Of a stretch of 64,000 bases of DNA, positions 28,601 through 37,061 are shown piece by piece; positions within the stretch are counted from its first letter, which is position 1; the number at the start of each line of letters is the position of its first letter. The position numbers were made by a program, and so were the translations under genes. The stretch comes from Trueperaceae bacterium. Lineage in GTDB: Bacteria; Deinococcota; Deinococci; Deinococcales; Trueperaceae. Below the pieces are notes generated by a model. That model worked only from the letters and a program-made list of their open reading frames with translations. It ran no database searches and was not told the origin of the DNA. Location: NCBI GenBank assembly GCA_965213925.1, contig OZ243927.1, positions 1,536,001-1,600,000 on the forward strand. Reading direction: 5' to 3'.

Positions 28601-28740
28601 ATCTGGAAGAGAATGTTGATGTTTTCGTTTAAGAGGGTGACGTTATCTCGAGGAGGCCTCGGTCCGCCGAAATTACAGGCGGCTAACGTGAAAAGCAGCG
28701 TGGTGAGCAAGACGAGTTTCGTTCGTTGCGTGTGATTCAT
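25603..28740 (-). CDS. Large surface lipoprotein: shared N-domain, carbohydrate-binding-like jelly roll, Ig-like (Big_5-like) domain, glucose/sorbosone-dehydrogenase-like beta-propeller
   Basis: AAGGAG RBS before ATG 28740; lipobox LAAC. LPNGTYQVTVSAGD, SVDPTNGAT, IAFGPDGALYV, ASGIRNAYDL, YYGHP. Confidence 0.8.
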   Translation of the reverse strand: MNHTQRTKLVLLTTLLFTLAACNFGGPRPPRDNVTLLNENINILFQIDEDNDIKASAMPDGLSSQALDFSLVSTSKGLTDKGGTRYLYGTFKVTNNSDQTFGNLSFYALSTGRALGGTALGSLKNARNEAITDPTLARTILPTHRMESNSGRLEVKSDEADFQGLSDAQVNAAQRQLSAGSTVLGYGFSARNAQGGRAIAPGQTGFVTFAVKFPFDPNSSAEYPFAFTLSFAAVDGSVRQVTRSAEESASSASDVCARGDAINAERVVIIGQRPNNAPCNLTLLTNVKTAIATNGEEAVYLLPDAPTTSDIDVKVNFQLDTAPVPSGFVKDSGQAYGAQASGTYGWLKLSNGQPVDASGAARDRDRSGIAQELDTVVHLQRGDCCDSGFTNEVYWEYALPNGTYQVTVSAGDEPAKEVKAGFPNAYDSKHTLNVEGVPALSKFQADSDNEFEQGTVVVQVEDGKLTVDAVGGINTKINYVEIKSTGTSATQRPSIISVDPTNGATDLSPNTATVTAGLSLPNGGVALSTLGGNVTLTNLDTGATVGGTPDTSGGADTVSFKIDPDELPLDENTSYRFSVSSDAEDESGAAFLPFVSTFTTGTLNTNAGPVAFNKTVVDEGQKFTSVTIGPDGKLYASTAFGSIYRYKIERDGDLTEERVIDTVKKANGGAPRTIIGLTFDPNATKDNLILWVSDNVTYMGSPDVPDWTGKIAKLTGSNLQNYEAVIEGLPRSVRDHETNSIAFGPDGALYVSQGSNNAMGAPDGAWGNREERLLSAAVLRLDLDSLPSSLPLNVKTAEGGNYNPFSNRAPLTVYASGIRNAYDLVWHSNGRLYVPTNGSAPGGNAPATPSTLPASCKNRIDSDRLGAYTRTDVPRIDNNSQRELDYLFRVSEGRYYGHPNPARCEWVLNAGNVKSSNDPFEANDYPLGTKPDRNYDADGVFNAGLSASANGVIEYMSDTFGGALKGKLLNVRYSKERDIQTFSLGSDGSVTKRVTGTDSNIDGFSGFNGPLDIVEDLNNGNLYIADFGPQSLGVAGRIVLLTPKK

Positions 28741-28779
28741 CAGAACTCCTTGGCGGCGAGGGTGACTCACCGCCTCTAT

Positions 28780-28822
28780 AGAATGTAGGGTTAGGCGTTA
28801 CGCCGGCGTTACAAAGACGTTA
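28780..28822 (-). promoter_or_regulatory. Promoter with three TAACG direct repeats (11-bp period), 10 nt upstream of -10 CATTCT
   Basis: CGTTA at 28796, 28807 and 28818 on the plus strand; AGAATG at 28780-28785. Confidence 0.7.
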
Positions 28823-31800
28823 TTGCGCAGGCTTGACGTTGCTGATGAAGTAGACGTTGTCGTTGAAGTCGTAGTTGATGCCCGCGTAGTCCATCACCAT
28901 GAGATAAGCGTCAGGGACGAGAGCGCCGTTGAGGTCGCGTACGGGCCAAAAGCGCATGTGATGACCGCAGGTGCCCGAGCCCGCCGAGCAGTCGTCCTTG
29001 CTCTTGTTGTTGCGGCGTGGGTCGCTCCATTCAGGGTCGCTCTTGAAACCGAAGCGGGTATTAGGCGGTGTTTTCGTGCCCTGCGCGGGTTTGCTGTTGC
29101 TGCCGCTCATGAGGGGCAAGAAAGACTGGGCGTCTTTGCCGTTATGGGTGAAGAACTTCGCCGTGTTACCCGAGTCGATGTCGGGCTGTAAGTAAACGGA
29201 CGCCGTGTTGCTGCAGCAGGTGTGGTACGCCGCGAGCTGGCGGACGTAGACGGGTCGACTCTCGTCGGCGCGTTCCCAGAAGGGCGAGAGCACCTCTTCG
29301 CCGATCGTCTCGATGCGTCCTTGGTTGTTGAGTTTTTCGCCAGGATTCAAGATGGTGGTGCCGAAGCCGAAGGCGCGGACGATCTCCTCTACGTTAGGCT
29401 CGTTGCCGCCCTCCTCTTGAATCTGCCAGGAGCCGCCGAGTTGGACGGTGCGGTTTGGAGTAATGGGGTCGCTCGAGCCGATCAAAAGTTGCGCTCTCAC
29501 GACTTCGTTGCTGCCGCTCGTGCGCGGGTAGGTGAACGCCACCGTAAGGTCGTAGAAGCTCTTCGCGGCGATCTCTAAAGGATTCTCTACGCTCGGCGCT
29601 TCACCGTTCGGGAGGCTGTACGCCGCTAGACCTGCGGCGTTGTTCGTGTTGTTGGCGAGGATCAAGCTCGAGACTTTCAAGACCTCATCCGAGGGGTTTT
29701 TGAGACGCAGCGTGACCTCATCGTGAAAGCGGGGGTTGTCCTGATCGCTGGTGATGCGGTTAAAGGCGAGCCAGTTGTCGAAGTGACCCTTCGCTTCGGC
29801 GGAAATCTGTTCAGAGGTCCAGTCGCGGTTCTCTAAGCTGAGCGTGCCACTAGGCTCCAAGGTTTTAGGCTGCTCCACGCTAAAGTCAGTAAAGGAGAAG
29901 GTCATGGCGCTAGTGGCGCGTCGGTGCGTGGCGAAGATGCCCGCGAAGCTGACCGTATCGCCCCCGACAGCTTGACCTGCGAAGAGCGTTTCGGGCAGCT
30001 CGAGGCTTCCAAAGCGCACCGCTTCGCCGCCGTCAACGCTGTAGGACGCCGTCGCTTGGCGGGTCGCGGGGTCTAGCTCGAGGGTGAGCTTGACGTTTCT
30101 ACCGTTCGCGCCAAACTGTGCGGAGTTGACCTGATCATCATCCGTCATTACCGCATTTGCTTCGCGGGCGAACTGGACGAAATCCTGGTCCCCGCTGCCA
30201 TTGATCACGGCGAGCTTGACGTAGTTATCCTCGTCTAAGCCGAACCAGAGACCGGCCTGCTGATACTGAGCGCTGCTCGGGAAGCTGAGGTCGGCAAGAG
30301 TCGTTTCAATGCGAAGCTTCGTGCTCGCGTCTACACCGACGCCCAGCGCGTTGACCTGCGAGTTGGTGTCGCTGCTGGTGCTCGGCTCCACGTACTGGAT
30401 ACCCTTCGTCGTGGTGAAGGTGAGGTCGCCGTTCGCGACGCTCAGTTTGCTCGGCTCGTAGCCGGGAAGCTGCGGGTTGCTCGGGGTGGTAAGAGGAGAG
30501 GAGGGCGCGTCTACCATTGTGAAGCCCGTGCCGACGCCGTTTTTATCTTCTAACTTGCCTTCGTTGCCGCTAAAGGTGAGGTTGTAGGGCAAGCTGACCG
30601 CAATTTCGTTGCAGAGCAGCGGGGAGATGGGGGCGCAGCCGACAGGCTCGGGCAGAGCGACGGGTTTCACGTTGCGCAGAATCACGACGATGTCCTGGTA
30701 GTCGAAGCCGCTGATGTGCTCTTCGGTGGCGATAACAAAAGCGTTATCTTCGCCGGGCAGCGGGTAGACGCGGACATGATGGGGAACCGCGCCAGAGAAG
30801 GTGTTGAGGGTGTCTTCGCTGTAGAGCTTGCGGTTGTTGAAGAAGGGCCAGCTCGAGACGATGCCAAACTCTTTACTGCCGGGGTCGAAGCTGGTGTCGC
30901 CTTCGACGGGAGGGAGTAAACGCTGCGCGTTAGACTTGGGCGAATTGGTGACGTCGAAGAGGTCGGTGATGCTGCTCGCGTCGCCCGCTTCGTACCAACC
31001 GAAGGTGGTGACGGGGCTGTTTCTGTCGGGACCGAACACGGCGAGCGTCTCGACCGTGACGAGCCCGGAGCCCGCCTTGACAAAGCGTTGCGCTTTAACT
31101 TCATCGCCCAAGAGGTCGCTCGTCGGCACCGCGTTGTTACTCGGGTCGGGGTCGCCCGCGTTGACGTCAATATCTAACGCATCTAAAATCCACTGCAAGG
31201 AAGGCTCATTGCTGCCGCCCGTCCCTTTGACGCTCAAGCCGCGCAGCGAGACGCTGATGTTGGGGCTATCTGCGTCGCTACTCTGAATATCTAAGCGCGC
31301 GCCCTTAGGTCCTAAGCTGCTCGGCGTGAAGGTCACGCTCACGTCGCTCATTTGACCGGGCTGGAGGGTAAGGGGAAGGGCTGCACTGGCGATACGGAAG
31401 TCGGCGTCGCTCGAGAGGTCCAAGCTGCTGACGGTGAGTGCGCCGCTGCCGAAGTTGCGTAAGGTGAGCGTTTGCGCACTCTCACCGCCATTTTGCTCCG
31501 TATACACTAAGCGCGTTTCGCTCACCTGCAAGTCGGGAATAGCTGCGCCGGGACCGTCGCCTAAAAGGTACTTTGCGGGAAGCGTACCCGTCGCAGTCGC
31601 GACTTTAATATCGCCTAAACGCACAAGGTCACAAGGTGCACTGCTCGGCTCGTTCCCAATGACGACAACGCGCCCTGCGCCAACCTCTTGTGCCCGTCTG
31701 CACACGTCATTGGCGCTGTTCGGACTCTCTTCGGCGCTTCTCGTGATTTGCCGCGCCGCGTCATCGACGATGGCGAAAGAGAGCGTGAAGGAGAAGGGGT

Positions 31801-32473
31801 AATCCGCCGAGTCGCTCGGCTCGTAGGGGAACTTGATGGCGAAGGTCACGGAGCCTTTTTTGCCGGGCGCGATGGGGCGCGTGCCCGCTTCGTTGCGCGC
31901 GGAGAAGCCGTAATCCAAGACGTTGCGCCCCACGCCGAGCTGGTCTTGCACCTGCGCAACCTGCGCGGCGCTGTAGCCCTGAAAGTCCGCCTCGTCCGCC
32001 TTGACGACTAGGATGCCGCTGTTGTCGCGCATCCGGTGCGTCGGCAAGATGGTGCGGGCGAAGGCGGGGTCGGTGACGGCTTGGCTATTCGCGTCCAAGA
32101 GGTTCGACATCGCCGTGCCGCCGAGGGTGCGCGTGGTGGAGAGCGCGTAAAAGGAGAGGTTCTCCAAGGTCTCGCTGGAGGTGTTCGTAACGTCGAACGT
32201 GCCGTAGAGGTAACGCACGCCGCCCTTGTCCACGAGTCCTTTTGAAGAGGGCTGCAAATTGATAGGGGCTGCTTGCGCGCCCAGTGACGAGGTGCTCAAC
32301 GTCTCGAGCTGCCCCGTTTTGGGGTTGACTTGGAGGTTGACCTCGAGCGTCTCGTGACTCAGCAAACGGTTAGTGCGTCCTTCGGGCGTTTCGTTATCGA
32401 CGTTCGTTTCGGGAAGCGCCGCCTGGTTACAAGCGGCGAGAATAAGAAGGGATAAAAGAAGAAATTTTTTCAT
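28820..32473 (-). CDS. Large surface lipoprotein: shared N-domain, ASH/Ig-like domains, ConA-like lectin domain, internally duplicated module
   Basis: Lipobox LAAC. TLTLRNFGSGAL...VTFTPS; EPSLQWIL and EPNVEEIV repeats ending DYQDIV and DFNDNV; YQQAGLWFGLDEDNYVKL. Confidence 0.8.
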   Translation of the reverse strand: MKKFLLLSLLILAACNQAALPETNVDNETPEGRTNRLLSHETLEVNLQVNPKTGQLETLSTSSLGAQAAPINLQPSSKGLVDKGGVRYLYGTFDVTNTSSETLENLSFYALSTTRTLGGTAMSNLLDANSQAVTDPAFARTILPTHRMRDNSGILVVKADEADFQGYSAAQVAQVQDQLGVGRNVLDYGFSARNEAGTRPIAPGKKGSVTFAIKFPYEPSDSADYPFSFTLSFAIVDDAARQITRSAEESPNSANDVCRRAQEVGAGRVVVIGNEPSSAPCDLVRLGDIKVATATGTLPAKYLLGDGPGAAIPDLQVSETRLVYTEQNGGESAQTLTLRNFGSGALTVSSLDLSSDADFRIASAALPLTLQPGQMSDVSVTFTPSSLGPKGARLDIQSSDADSPNISVSLRGLSVKGTGGSNEPSLQWILDALDIDVNAGDPDPSNNAVPTSDLLGDEVKAQRFVKAGSGLVTVETLAVFGPDRNSPVTTFGWYEAGDASSITDLFDVTNSPKSNAQRLLPPVEGDTSFDPGSKEFGIVSSWPFFNNRKLYSEDTLNTFSGAVPHHVRVYPLPGEDNAFVIATEEHISGFDYQDIVVILRNVKPVALPEPVGCAPISPLLCNEIAVSLPYNLTFSGNEGKLEDKNGVGTGFTMVDAPSSPLTTPSNPQLPGYEPSKLSVANGDLTFTTTKGIQYVEPSTSSDTNSQVNALGVGVDASTKLRIETTLADLSFPSSAQYQQAGLWFGLDEDNYVKLAVINGSGDQDFVQFAREANAVMTDDDQVNSAQFGANGRNVKLTLELDPATRQATASYSVDGGEAVRFGSLELPETLFAGQAVGGDTVSFAGIFATHRRATSAMTFSFTDFSVEQPKTLEPSGTLSLENRDWTSEQISAEAKGHFDNWLAFNRITSDQDNPRFHDEVTLRLKNPSDEVLKVSSLILANNTNNAAGLAAYSLPNGEAPSVENPLEIAAKSFYDLTVAFTYPRTSGSNEVVRAQLLIGSSDPITPNRTVQLGGSWQIQEEGGNEPNVEEIVRAFGFGTTILNPGEKLNNQGRIETIGEEVLSPFWERADESRPVYVRQLAAYHTCCSNTASVYLQPDIDSGNTAKFFTHNGKDAQSFLPLMSGSNSKPAQGTKTPPNTRFGFKSDPEWSDPRRNNKSKDDCSAGSGTCGHHMRFWPVRDLNGALVPDAYLMVMDYAGINYDFNDNVYFISNVKPAQ

Positions 32474-32556
32474 AGAGGGTGTCCGCAGGGAGCGTGTGTG
32501 CTAGTGGGATGAGAGGGAGTGAGATGTCGTTGAATCATTCAGGGCCTCCGGGTTGT

Positions 32557-32588
32557 ATTGTGCGCATCCGAGCGTTACGTAGGCGTTC
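32557..32588 (-). promoter_or_regulatory. Promoter GAACG-N6-TAACG-N10-CACAAT
   Basis: CGTTA 32573, CGTTC 32584, ATTGTG 32557-32562. Confidence 0.7.
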
Positions 32589-32738
32589 CGGCTTTGGGGC
32601 GCTCGTCCCGTCTCACTCGGGTCCTTCTTAAAAACGTTCATAGTTCGAAGTAGGGTGACGTAGGAATGACATGGGAGCACAAAGATAAAGACGCGCGGTG
32701 TGTCGCGCGCCTATCTGAGTATTCGGTTGAGGGGGGGT

Positions 32739-32921
32739 TTAGTCGTCTTCGCCCGCGGAGTAGGACTCGGGGGGCTGCTGAAGCGCTTCGAGCAAGGCGG
32801 TCCAACTGCTCAGCGTGAGTACCTCTTTCGTGTTGACGTTTTGTAGGGTGATGTGCGGCGCGCCGTTCACGTCATCGGACCAGCGGACGCGGATAACAAA
32901 GCCTGAGGTCTTTGGGTGCAT
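32739..32921 (-). CDS. 60-aa hypothetical protein, leaderless
   Basis: TACACT 7 nt before ATG; beta-beta-beta-alpha pattern; hairpin downstream near 32690-32712. Confidence 0.7.
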   Translation of the reverse strand: MHPKTSGFVIRVRWSDDVNGAPHITLQNVNTKEVLTLSSWTALLEALQQPPESYSAGEDD

Positions 32922-32928
32922 AAGTTTA

Positions 32929-32959
32929 AGTGTAATGAGGGAGCATTCCTCGAGCGTTA
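32929..32959 (-). promoter_or_regulatory. Promoter TAACG-N6-GAATG-N9-TACACT
   Basis: CATTC 32944, CGTTA 32955, AGTGTA 32929-32934. Confidence 0.65.
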
Positions 32960-33264
32960 CGGCGTAGATGTCGCCTGAGGAACGCCTCCATTGTGAGCTT
33001 ATAAAAAGCTGCCGAACCGTTAGCCGAAGCCTTTAAGCTCAAGGTCGACAGCCTCGAAAGACGCACTTTCACGGCGCGCTCACGTGTTTTCGTAGTGATG
33101 CGAGCTTCATTTGCGGATAGGCGTGGTAGACGACGTCTTCGGAGGGGCTCGAGCGACCTCTTCCGTTCCTTTTTGTCCCTGCTCCAACAAAGAAAAGAAC
33201 CGCCACACGAAAGTGCAGCGGTCTTGGAGCGTTTTGCGAGGCTCGAGGTGAGTTCGGGAAGGAT

Positions 33265-34791
33265 TTAGCCGCCTAAAGGCGCGCCCGTGAAGGTGTCTAA
33301 CTTAACCGTCCCCGTCGCTTCGCCGCCGTTCCCGTCAGAGATAACGTAGGTGAACGAGGTTCTGGCTTCGCTCGTCGGTACGTCGTAGGTGAAGGTGTTG
33401 CCGCTCAAGGTAAGGCTACCGACCTCTGGCTGCGTGAAGCGGACAATAGTTAAGCTGTCGCCGTCCGCGTCGGTGTCAGCGCCGCTACCGAGCGTTGTGT
33501 CGGTACCGCTCGCGTCAACCGGGTTGAACGTCCAGGTGCCGTCGTTCGTATAGAGCGTCACGATATCGTCTACCGCGACGGGCGCACGGTTCGCGCTGCC
33601 GGTTGCGCCGAGCGACACGGTGACGCTAAAGTCGTCTGTGCCGTCGTCCAGCTCGAAGGTCTTGGCATCACTCTTCTCGCCGTCGTGGTTTAAGACGACG
33701 CTATATGCCGTGTCGTTCAGGAGTTCCGCCGAGCCGCGCCAGGTTGCGCCGTCTTTGGAGAGACCGAAAACCGTCTTTTCGCCCTCATCATTTGTGATAG
33801 TGGCTTCAACCTCCGCCGTTTCTGCGGGCACGTCCGTGGCGGTCACGGTGACGAGGCGTGCCTCTTTGCCCGTTTCGATGGTCACGTCGGTGTCGTCTGG
33901 TACCTCGGCGACTTTGACGTCGATGGTCACGCTAGCTTGCGCCGAGACGCCCTTCGCATCGGTTACGGTGACGGTAGGCTTTTGTGGTCCTGCGGCGGCG
34001 TAAGTATGCGTGAAGGCTTCGTTGGCGGCGCTACCGCTGATCGTCGCGGTGCTCGCGTCGCTGCCGTCGCCCCATTCCACTTTGAGGCTCGCCAAGTTGC
34101 CGTCGGTGTCGCTCGCGGCGACGCTGAGGGTGAAGCTTTCACCTTCAGTGACAGTTTCAGGTGCGCTGAGCCTCGGCACGTTTGGCGCGACGTTGTCGGT
34201 GCCGAGCGCGGTGAGGGTGACGCTGACAGCGGCAGTCGTTTCGGAGAGGTCGAAGCTCGCGCTGCCTTGGCGCATACGCGCGCCGCCGTCAAAACCTTCG
34301 ATGATGAGGGTCTGGTCTGCGCCCGTCTTGACGCCGGTGAGCGTAAGGTTGCTACCCAACCCCTGCACCACACCGCCGACTGTCGCCTTGAGCGTCTCGC
34401 CAGCCACTGTGCCCGCGAGGTTGACTTTCACGTCGCTCGTGAGGCGGTTCATGGTCAACTTGATGGTGTCGGTGTCTTCTGTAACGCCTTTCGTCTCGAC
34501 GCCCTTATAGAGCACGGTGCCCTCAGCGTCCAAGCCGCGCGAGGTAAAGGTGGTGTCTTTTAGCTCGAGGTTGCTGAGCGTAAGGCTCGCCGCGCCCGCG
34601 CCCATATCGGCGGTATAGCTTTTTCCGTCAAACTCGAGCGTCACTTTCGTGACCTGCGCCGGAATCGCGGCGACTTGCAGTGTCACCTCGTCGGAGGTGC
34701 GGAAGTCTTCTTGTTCTTGCGTGCAGGCAGCCAGAACGGTGAGCGCGAGTCCTAGCAGCGCTATGACAGGGAAGCGTTTTCGTCGTGTCAT
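33265..34791 (-). CDS. Surface lipoprotein with PKD-like and cadherin/Big_9-like Ig domains
   Basis: Lipobox LAAC. VEWGDGS...HTYAAAG...VTVTD; NRAPVAVDD...DADGDSL...FTYVISDGNGG. Confidence 0.82.
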   Translation of the reverse strand: MTRRKRFPVIALLGLALTVLAACTQEQEDFRTSDEVTLQVAAIPAQVTKVTLEFDGKSYTADMGAGAASLTLSNLELKDTTFTSRGLDAEGTVLYKGVETKGVTEDTDTIKLTMNRLTSDVKVNLAGTVAGETLKATVGGVVQGLGSNLTLTGVKTGADQTLIIEGFDGGARMRQGSASFDLSETTAAVSVTLTALGTDNVAPNVPRLSAPETVTEGESFTLSVAASDTDGNLASLKVEWGDGSDASTATISGSAANEAFTHTYAAAGPQKPTVTVTDAKGVSAQASVTIDVKVAEVPDDTDVTIETGKEARLVTVTATDVPAETAEVEATITNDEGEKTVFGLSKDGATWRGSAELLNDTAYSVVLNHDGEKSDAKTFELDDGTDDFSVTVSLGATGSANRAPVAVDDIVTLYTNDGTWTFNPVDASGTDTTLGSGADTDADGDSLTIVRFTQPEVGSLTLSGNTFTYDVPTSEARTSFTYVISDGNGGEATGTVKLDTFTGAPLGG

Positions 34792-34927
34792 CTAAAGGTA
34801 ACTCCTTATGGCTCGGTGAGCCGTTACTTGAATCTAAGCGGAGGGTGGACAGAGGTAAGGACCTGCCTCCTTTCTCGAGGCGCTCCAAATAAAGCATCTA
34901 TGAGGTCTCGAGACTTCGACTACCGCT

Positions 34928-34959
34928 ATTCTTTATGGGGGCGCGTTTCGTCAGCGTTC
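34928..34959 (-). promoter_or_regulatory. Promoter GAACG-N6-AAACG-N10-AAGAAT
   Basis: CGTTT 34944, CGTTC 34955, ATTCTT 34928-34933. Confidence 0.65.
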
Positions 34960-34982
34960 CGTTAAAAGCAGCAACGAGTTGA

Positions 34983-35029
34983 AAGCAATGAGCAATGAGT
35001 CTAAAGGTTTTTGCTCATTGCTCATTGCT
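34983..35029. repeat. Heptamer (GCAATGA) hairpin repeat, copy 2
   Basis: AAGCAATGAGCAATGAG TCTAAAGGTTTTTG CTCATTGCTCATTGCT. Confidence 0.75.
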
Positions 35030-35072
35030 GTTTTCACGATAAGATGCTCCAAAGAGGTCATGAGGAGGGCGT

Positions 35073-35684
35073 ATGCAAAGGCTGGTCGAACGCATCCGGG
35101 CAGAGGGGCAACATTTAGGGAGCGGCATTCTCAAGGTCGACGGGTTTATCAACCACCGGCTCGAGCCCGACCTGACGCTCGAGATGGGTAAAGCGTTCGT
35201 GGAGCGCTTCTACGCAGAAGAGGTCACGGGCGTTACCAAAATCGTCACAGCAGAGGTCAGCGGTATCGCTCCGGCGTTAGCGACGGGCATCGCGCTAGGC
35301 GTCCCCGTTGTCTACGCGAGAAAGACGCGCCCCATCACGATGGCAGATGGCGTTTATGAAGCCGAAGCCCCGAGCCATACTAAAGGCGGCGTGACCAAGC
35401 TCATTATCTCTCCTGAATATCTGCACCAGGATGACCGGGTCCTCTTAATTGACGACTTCTTGGCGTCAGGGAAAACGCTCGTCGCCCTCGTGGACCTCAT
35501 CAAACAGTGCGGCGCGGACCTTTTGGGTATCGGCTGCGTCATCGAGAAATCCTTTGAGGGGGGGCGTGAGGCGCTCCAAGAGGTCGGCGTTCCTATCGTG
35601 ACGCTCGCGGTGGTGACGAGGTTAGGGGGCGACACCGTCGAAGTGCAGGATGCAGAAGAGAATCTAAAAGTACAAGGCGCATAG
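35073..35684 (+). CDS. xpt: Xanthine phosphoribosyltransferase
   Basis: LKVDGFINH; PRPP-binding VLLIDDFLASG; VIEKSF. Confidence 0.92.
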   Translation: MQRLVERIRAEGQHLGSGILKVDGFINHRLEPDLTLEMGKAFVERFYAEEVTGVTKIVTAEVSGIAPALATGIALGVPVVYARKTRPITMADGVYEAEAPSHTKGGVTKLIISPEYLHQDDRVLLIDDFLASGKTLVALVDLIKQCGADLLGIGCVIEKSFEGGREALQEVGVPIVTLAVVTRLGGDTVEVQDAEENLKVQGA

Positions 35685-35720
35685 CACGCCGCCGAACCCC
35701 TAAAACAAGTACGATAAGGT

Positions 35721-37061
35721 ATGAAAAATAATAATGGCAGGAATGTCGTCCTCGTAGACGGCTGCCGCACGCCTTTTATGCGGGCGGGCACGGAATACTT
35801 CGACCTCATCTCGTACGACCTCGGGCGCACTGTACTAAAGGGTCTCTTGACGCGGAGCGAACTCGAGCCTCAAAAAGTAGACCGCGTCATCATGGGCACG
35901 GTGGTGCAAAACGTCCGCACCAGCAACGTCGCGAGAGATTCGGCGCTGGGCGCAGGCTTTCCCGTGAGCGTCCCCGCGCACACCGTCACGATGGCGTGTA
36001 TTTCAGCGAATCAGGCGATTGCGAGCGGCGCGGACCTCATCCGCACCGGCCAAGCGGACATCGTCATCGCGGGCGGCGTCGAGACCCTTTCGGACGCGCC
36101 GCCGCAGTTCGACAAGGACATGCGCAAGCGGCTCTATGAGACGCAGAAGTACAAAAATCCGCTGGACTTCCGCAAGTTTTTGCAAGGTTTATCTCCGAGC
36201 GACCTCTTGCCGAGTGCACCCTCCGTCTCCGAATACTCCACGGGTGAGGTGATGGGCGAAAGCGCGGACAAGCTCGCGGCAGCGTTCGGCGTTTCGCGTG
36301 AGGCACAAGATGAGTACGCGCTCCGCTCGCACCACGCGGCGGCGAAGGCGACCGAAGAGGGCAAGCTAGACCCCGAACTCCTGCCTACCGCTGTGCCGCC
36401 CAAGTTCAAGCCTTTAGAGCACGACAACACCTTCCGGGCAGATACGAGTTTGGAAAAGCTCTCCACCCTCAAACCCGTCTTCGTCAAACCCTTCGGTACC
36501 GTCACCGCAGGCAACGCCTCGCCCCTTACGGACGGTGCGGCGGCGACGCTGCTGATGGCGGAAGAGACCGCGGAGGCCCTCGGCTACACGCCCGCCGCCT
36601 ATCTGCGCCACTACACGTTCGTCGCGCAAGACCCCAAGGACGAACTCCTCTTGGGTCCGGCGTACGCGATGCCCCAGGTTTTCGACGCGGCGGGCATCAC
36701 CTTTGATGACGTGGACGTGATCGAATTTCACGAGGCGTTCGCAGGACAGGTTTTGGCTGTCTTAACCGCAGTCGAGTCGGACGAGTTCGCCAAGGAGAAG
36801 TTAGGGCGAGACAAGCGCATCGGTGATGTGGATATGGACAAAATCAACCCCTGGGGCGGTTCACTCTCCTTAGGACATCCCTTCGGCGCGACGGGCGCGC
36901 GGCTCGTCACCACGGCAGCGCACCGCCTTCACGCCGAGGACAAGCAGATCGCCCTTGTGACGGCGTGCGCGGCGGGCGGTTTAGGTCACGCGATGCTGTT
37001 GGAACGTTACGAGGGCGGCAGCTATACCGCAAATCCGAACAGTAACGGGGGGCAAGCATGA
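35721..37061 (+). CDS. fadI: Acetyl-CoA C-acyltransferase (FadI-type thiolase)
   Basis: MACISA, HEAFAGQ, GHPFGATG, CAAGGLG. Confidence 0.9.
   Translation: MKNNNGRNVVLVDGCRTPFMRAGTEYFDLISYDLGRTVLKGLLTRSELEPQKVDRVIMGTVVQNVRTSNVARDSALGAGFPVSVPAHTVTMACISANQAIASGADLIRTGQADIVIAGGVETLSDAPPQFDKDMRKRLYETQKYKNPLDFRKFLQGLSPSDLLPSAPSVSEYSTGEVMGESADKLAAAFGVSREAQDEYALRSHHAAAKATEEGKLDPELLPTAVPPKFKPLEHDNTFRADTSLEKLSTLKPVFVKPFGTVTAGNASPLTDGAAATLLMAEETAEALGYTPAAYLRHYTFVAQDPKDELLLGPAYAMPQVFDAAGITFDDVDVIEFHEAFAGQVLAVLTAVESDEFAKEKLGRDKRIGDVDMDKINPWGGSLSLGHPFGATGARLVTTAAHRLHAEDKQIALVTACAAGGLGHAMLLERYEGGSYTANPNSNGGQA

Noticed and set aside
34983..35072. Purine riboswitch upstream of xpt
   Set aside because: The hairpin is the dispersed heptamer repeat, and no purine aptamer consensus is present.
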